NCBI GenBank assembly: GCA_918797485.1
Contig: CAKKNE010000004.1
Span: 992,001-1,056,000, forward strand
Direction: 5' to 3'
Source: Pelagomonas calceolata
Lineage: Eukaryota
DNA: 64,000 nucleotides
Of this stretch, positions 63,011 to 64,000 are shown one piece after another. The translations under genes were made by a program, and so were the position numbers. The first letter of the stretch is position 1; every line of letters begins with the position of its first letter. The notes beneath the pieces were generated by a model. The model saw only the letters and a list, made by a program, of their open reading frames with translations. It was not told the origin of the DNA and made no database searches.

Positions 63011-64000
63011 ATGGCCCACGCCGGCACGCCGGCCTCGCGGCTCTCGCGCGAGACCAAAGAGCCGAAGCGCTTCGCCGCCCAGGCGCAATATGCGACGCAG
63101 CGCAAACCGAGCGTGCTACGCCGGGCGGCCGAGTCCGAATCGGACGACGACGACTCCGCCCAGCCCGGCGCGATGACAGGGGCGGACTTCGTCAAGCAGG
63201 AACAGAAGGCGGCCGAGGCCGTGGGCCTCTCGCCGCAGCGCGCGGAGGCCCCGCTATACAAACGCGACGCCAGGGCGAAGAAAGTGACGCTGCCGCGCGG
63301 CTGGAAGCCCTCGTCGCCCCAGGAGGTCGAGGACTATCTCAAGCACTTGAACAGTGATCAACTCAACAAGATCGTGAGGCTCCACAAATACGCGTTCTTC
63401 TCCGGAGGGACCCTGAAGACTGTGGGACAGGCAACCGCCAAAAAGTGGTTCCTCGACCGCGGCCTCGTCGTCGGGCCCTGGCACAAGGAGGGCTTCCCGG
63501 GCATGTGCAACTCGGAGGCGCTGGCGAAGCAGCGGATTGTGAAAGTGGCGCAGGACAACAACGCGCAGTCGTCCCACGACGCCACGATGGCGCGGCTGGC
63601 GGGCATGGGCCTGCCGAAGGGCGAGCAGACGCACGACGAGTCGTACGGAAATTATAAGGCCGAGGACTTGCTCACGGCGGCCTTCCTGAGCGGCAAGCCC
63701 ATGCCGAAGGGCAGCCGCGAGAAGCAGGAGAAGGTCGCCGAGTGGTTCCCGTCGAAGGTCGGCGACTGCGTTGACTGCGGGCTGCGCCGGTTGTTAGTGA
63801 AGATCGAGCACGCCAACGGCGGGCCGGACGACGGCAAGCGGCGCAAGCCGCCGTGCCACGAGGACAACACGGGCGAGCGCGCGGACTGTGACATGGCCAT
63901 TGACGCGGCGTACAAGGCCGACGAGACGTTGGATGAGGACGGGTGCGAGGCGGTGCCGAAATCACATTTCACGACATTCCACGACTCACTGGTCGATTTC
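63011..64000 (+). CDS. Uncharacterised protein (3' partial); not in the ORF track
   Basis: ATG 63011, stop-free to the window end, strong GC3; CVDCG...H...CH cluster; probable family A intron starting at 63943. Confidence 0.7.
   Translation, partial: MAHAGTPASRLSRETKEPKRFAAQAQYATQRKPSVLRRAAESESDDDDSAQPGAMTGADFVKQEQKAAEAVGLSPQRAEAPLYKRDARAKKVTLPRGWKPSSPQEVEDYLKHLNSDQLNKIVRLHKYAFFSGGTLKTVGQATAKKWFLDRGLVVGPWHKEGFPGMCNSEALAKQRIVKVAQDNNAQSSHDATMARLAGMGLPKGEQTHDESYGNYKAEDLLTAAFLSGKPMPKGSREKQEKVAEWFPSKVGDCVDCGLRRLLVKIEHANGGPDDGKRRKPPCHEDNTGERADCDMAIDAAYKADETLDEDGCEAVPKSHFTTFHDSLVDF

Noticed and set aside
1..64000. tRNA, rRNA, telomeric repeats or an autonomous transposase for the introners
   Set aside because: None recognised by eye; tRNAscan-SE, Infernal and a transposase HMM search would be needed to exclude them formally

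Overview
GC-rich, gene-dense eukaryotic nuclear DNA with about 40 protein-coding genes. It is most likely from a pelagophyte alga (Pelagomonas/Aureococcus-like); this is inferred from ASAFAP-type plastid leaders, a plastid class II FBA and introner-type introns. Many ORFs in the supplied track are exon fragments, so I rebuilt about 26 spliceosomal introns by frame continuity. At least 6 of them are GC-AG, and most carry signs of transposon (introner) origin: TIRs, 8-bp TSD remnants and shared internal motifs. Main findings: (1) a small gene absent from the ORF track (34171-34645, minus strand) with an in-frame TGA and a SECIS-like hairpin just past its stop, i.e. a candidate selenoprotein of a family I do not recognise; (2) a 22-26 bp inverted-repeat element, GCTAGCGGCATGTAAGACACTAGC, found about 18 times and only in intergenic regions that lead into a gene start; (3) two introner families; (4) unusual proteins: a WD40 propeller with near-identical repeats fused to a TRP-like channel, an HMG-like/AlkB-like protein, and an endonuclease VII-like protein. 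No rRNA, tRNA or CRISPR array was seen. All calls come from reading the sequence; no searches were run.
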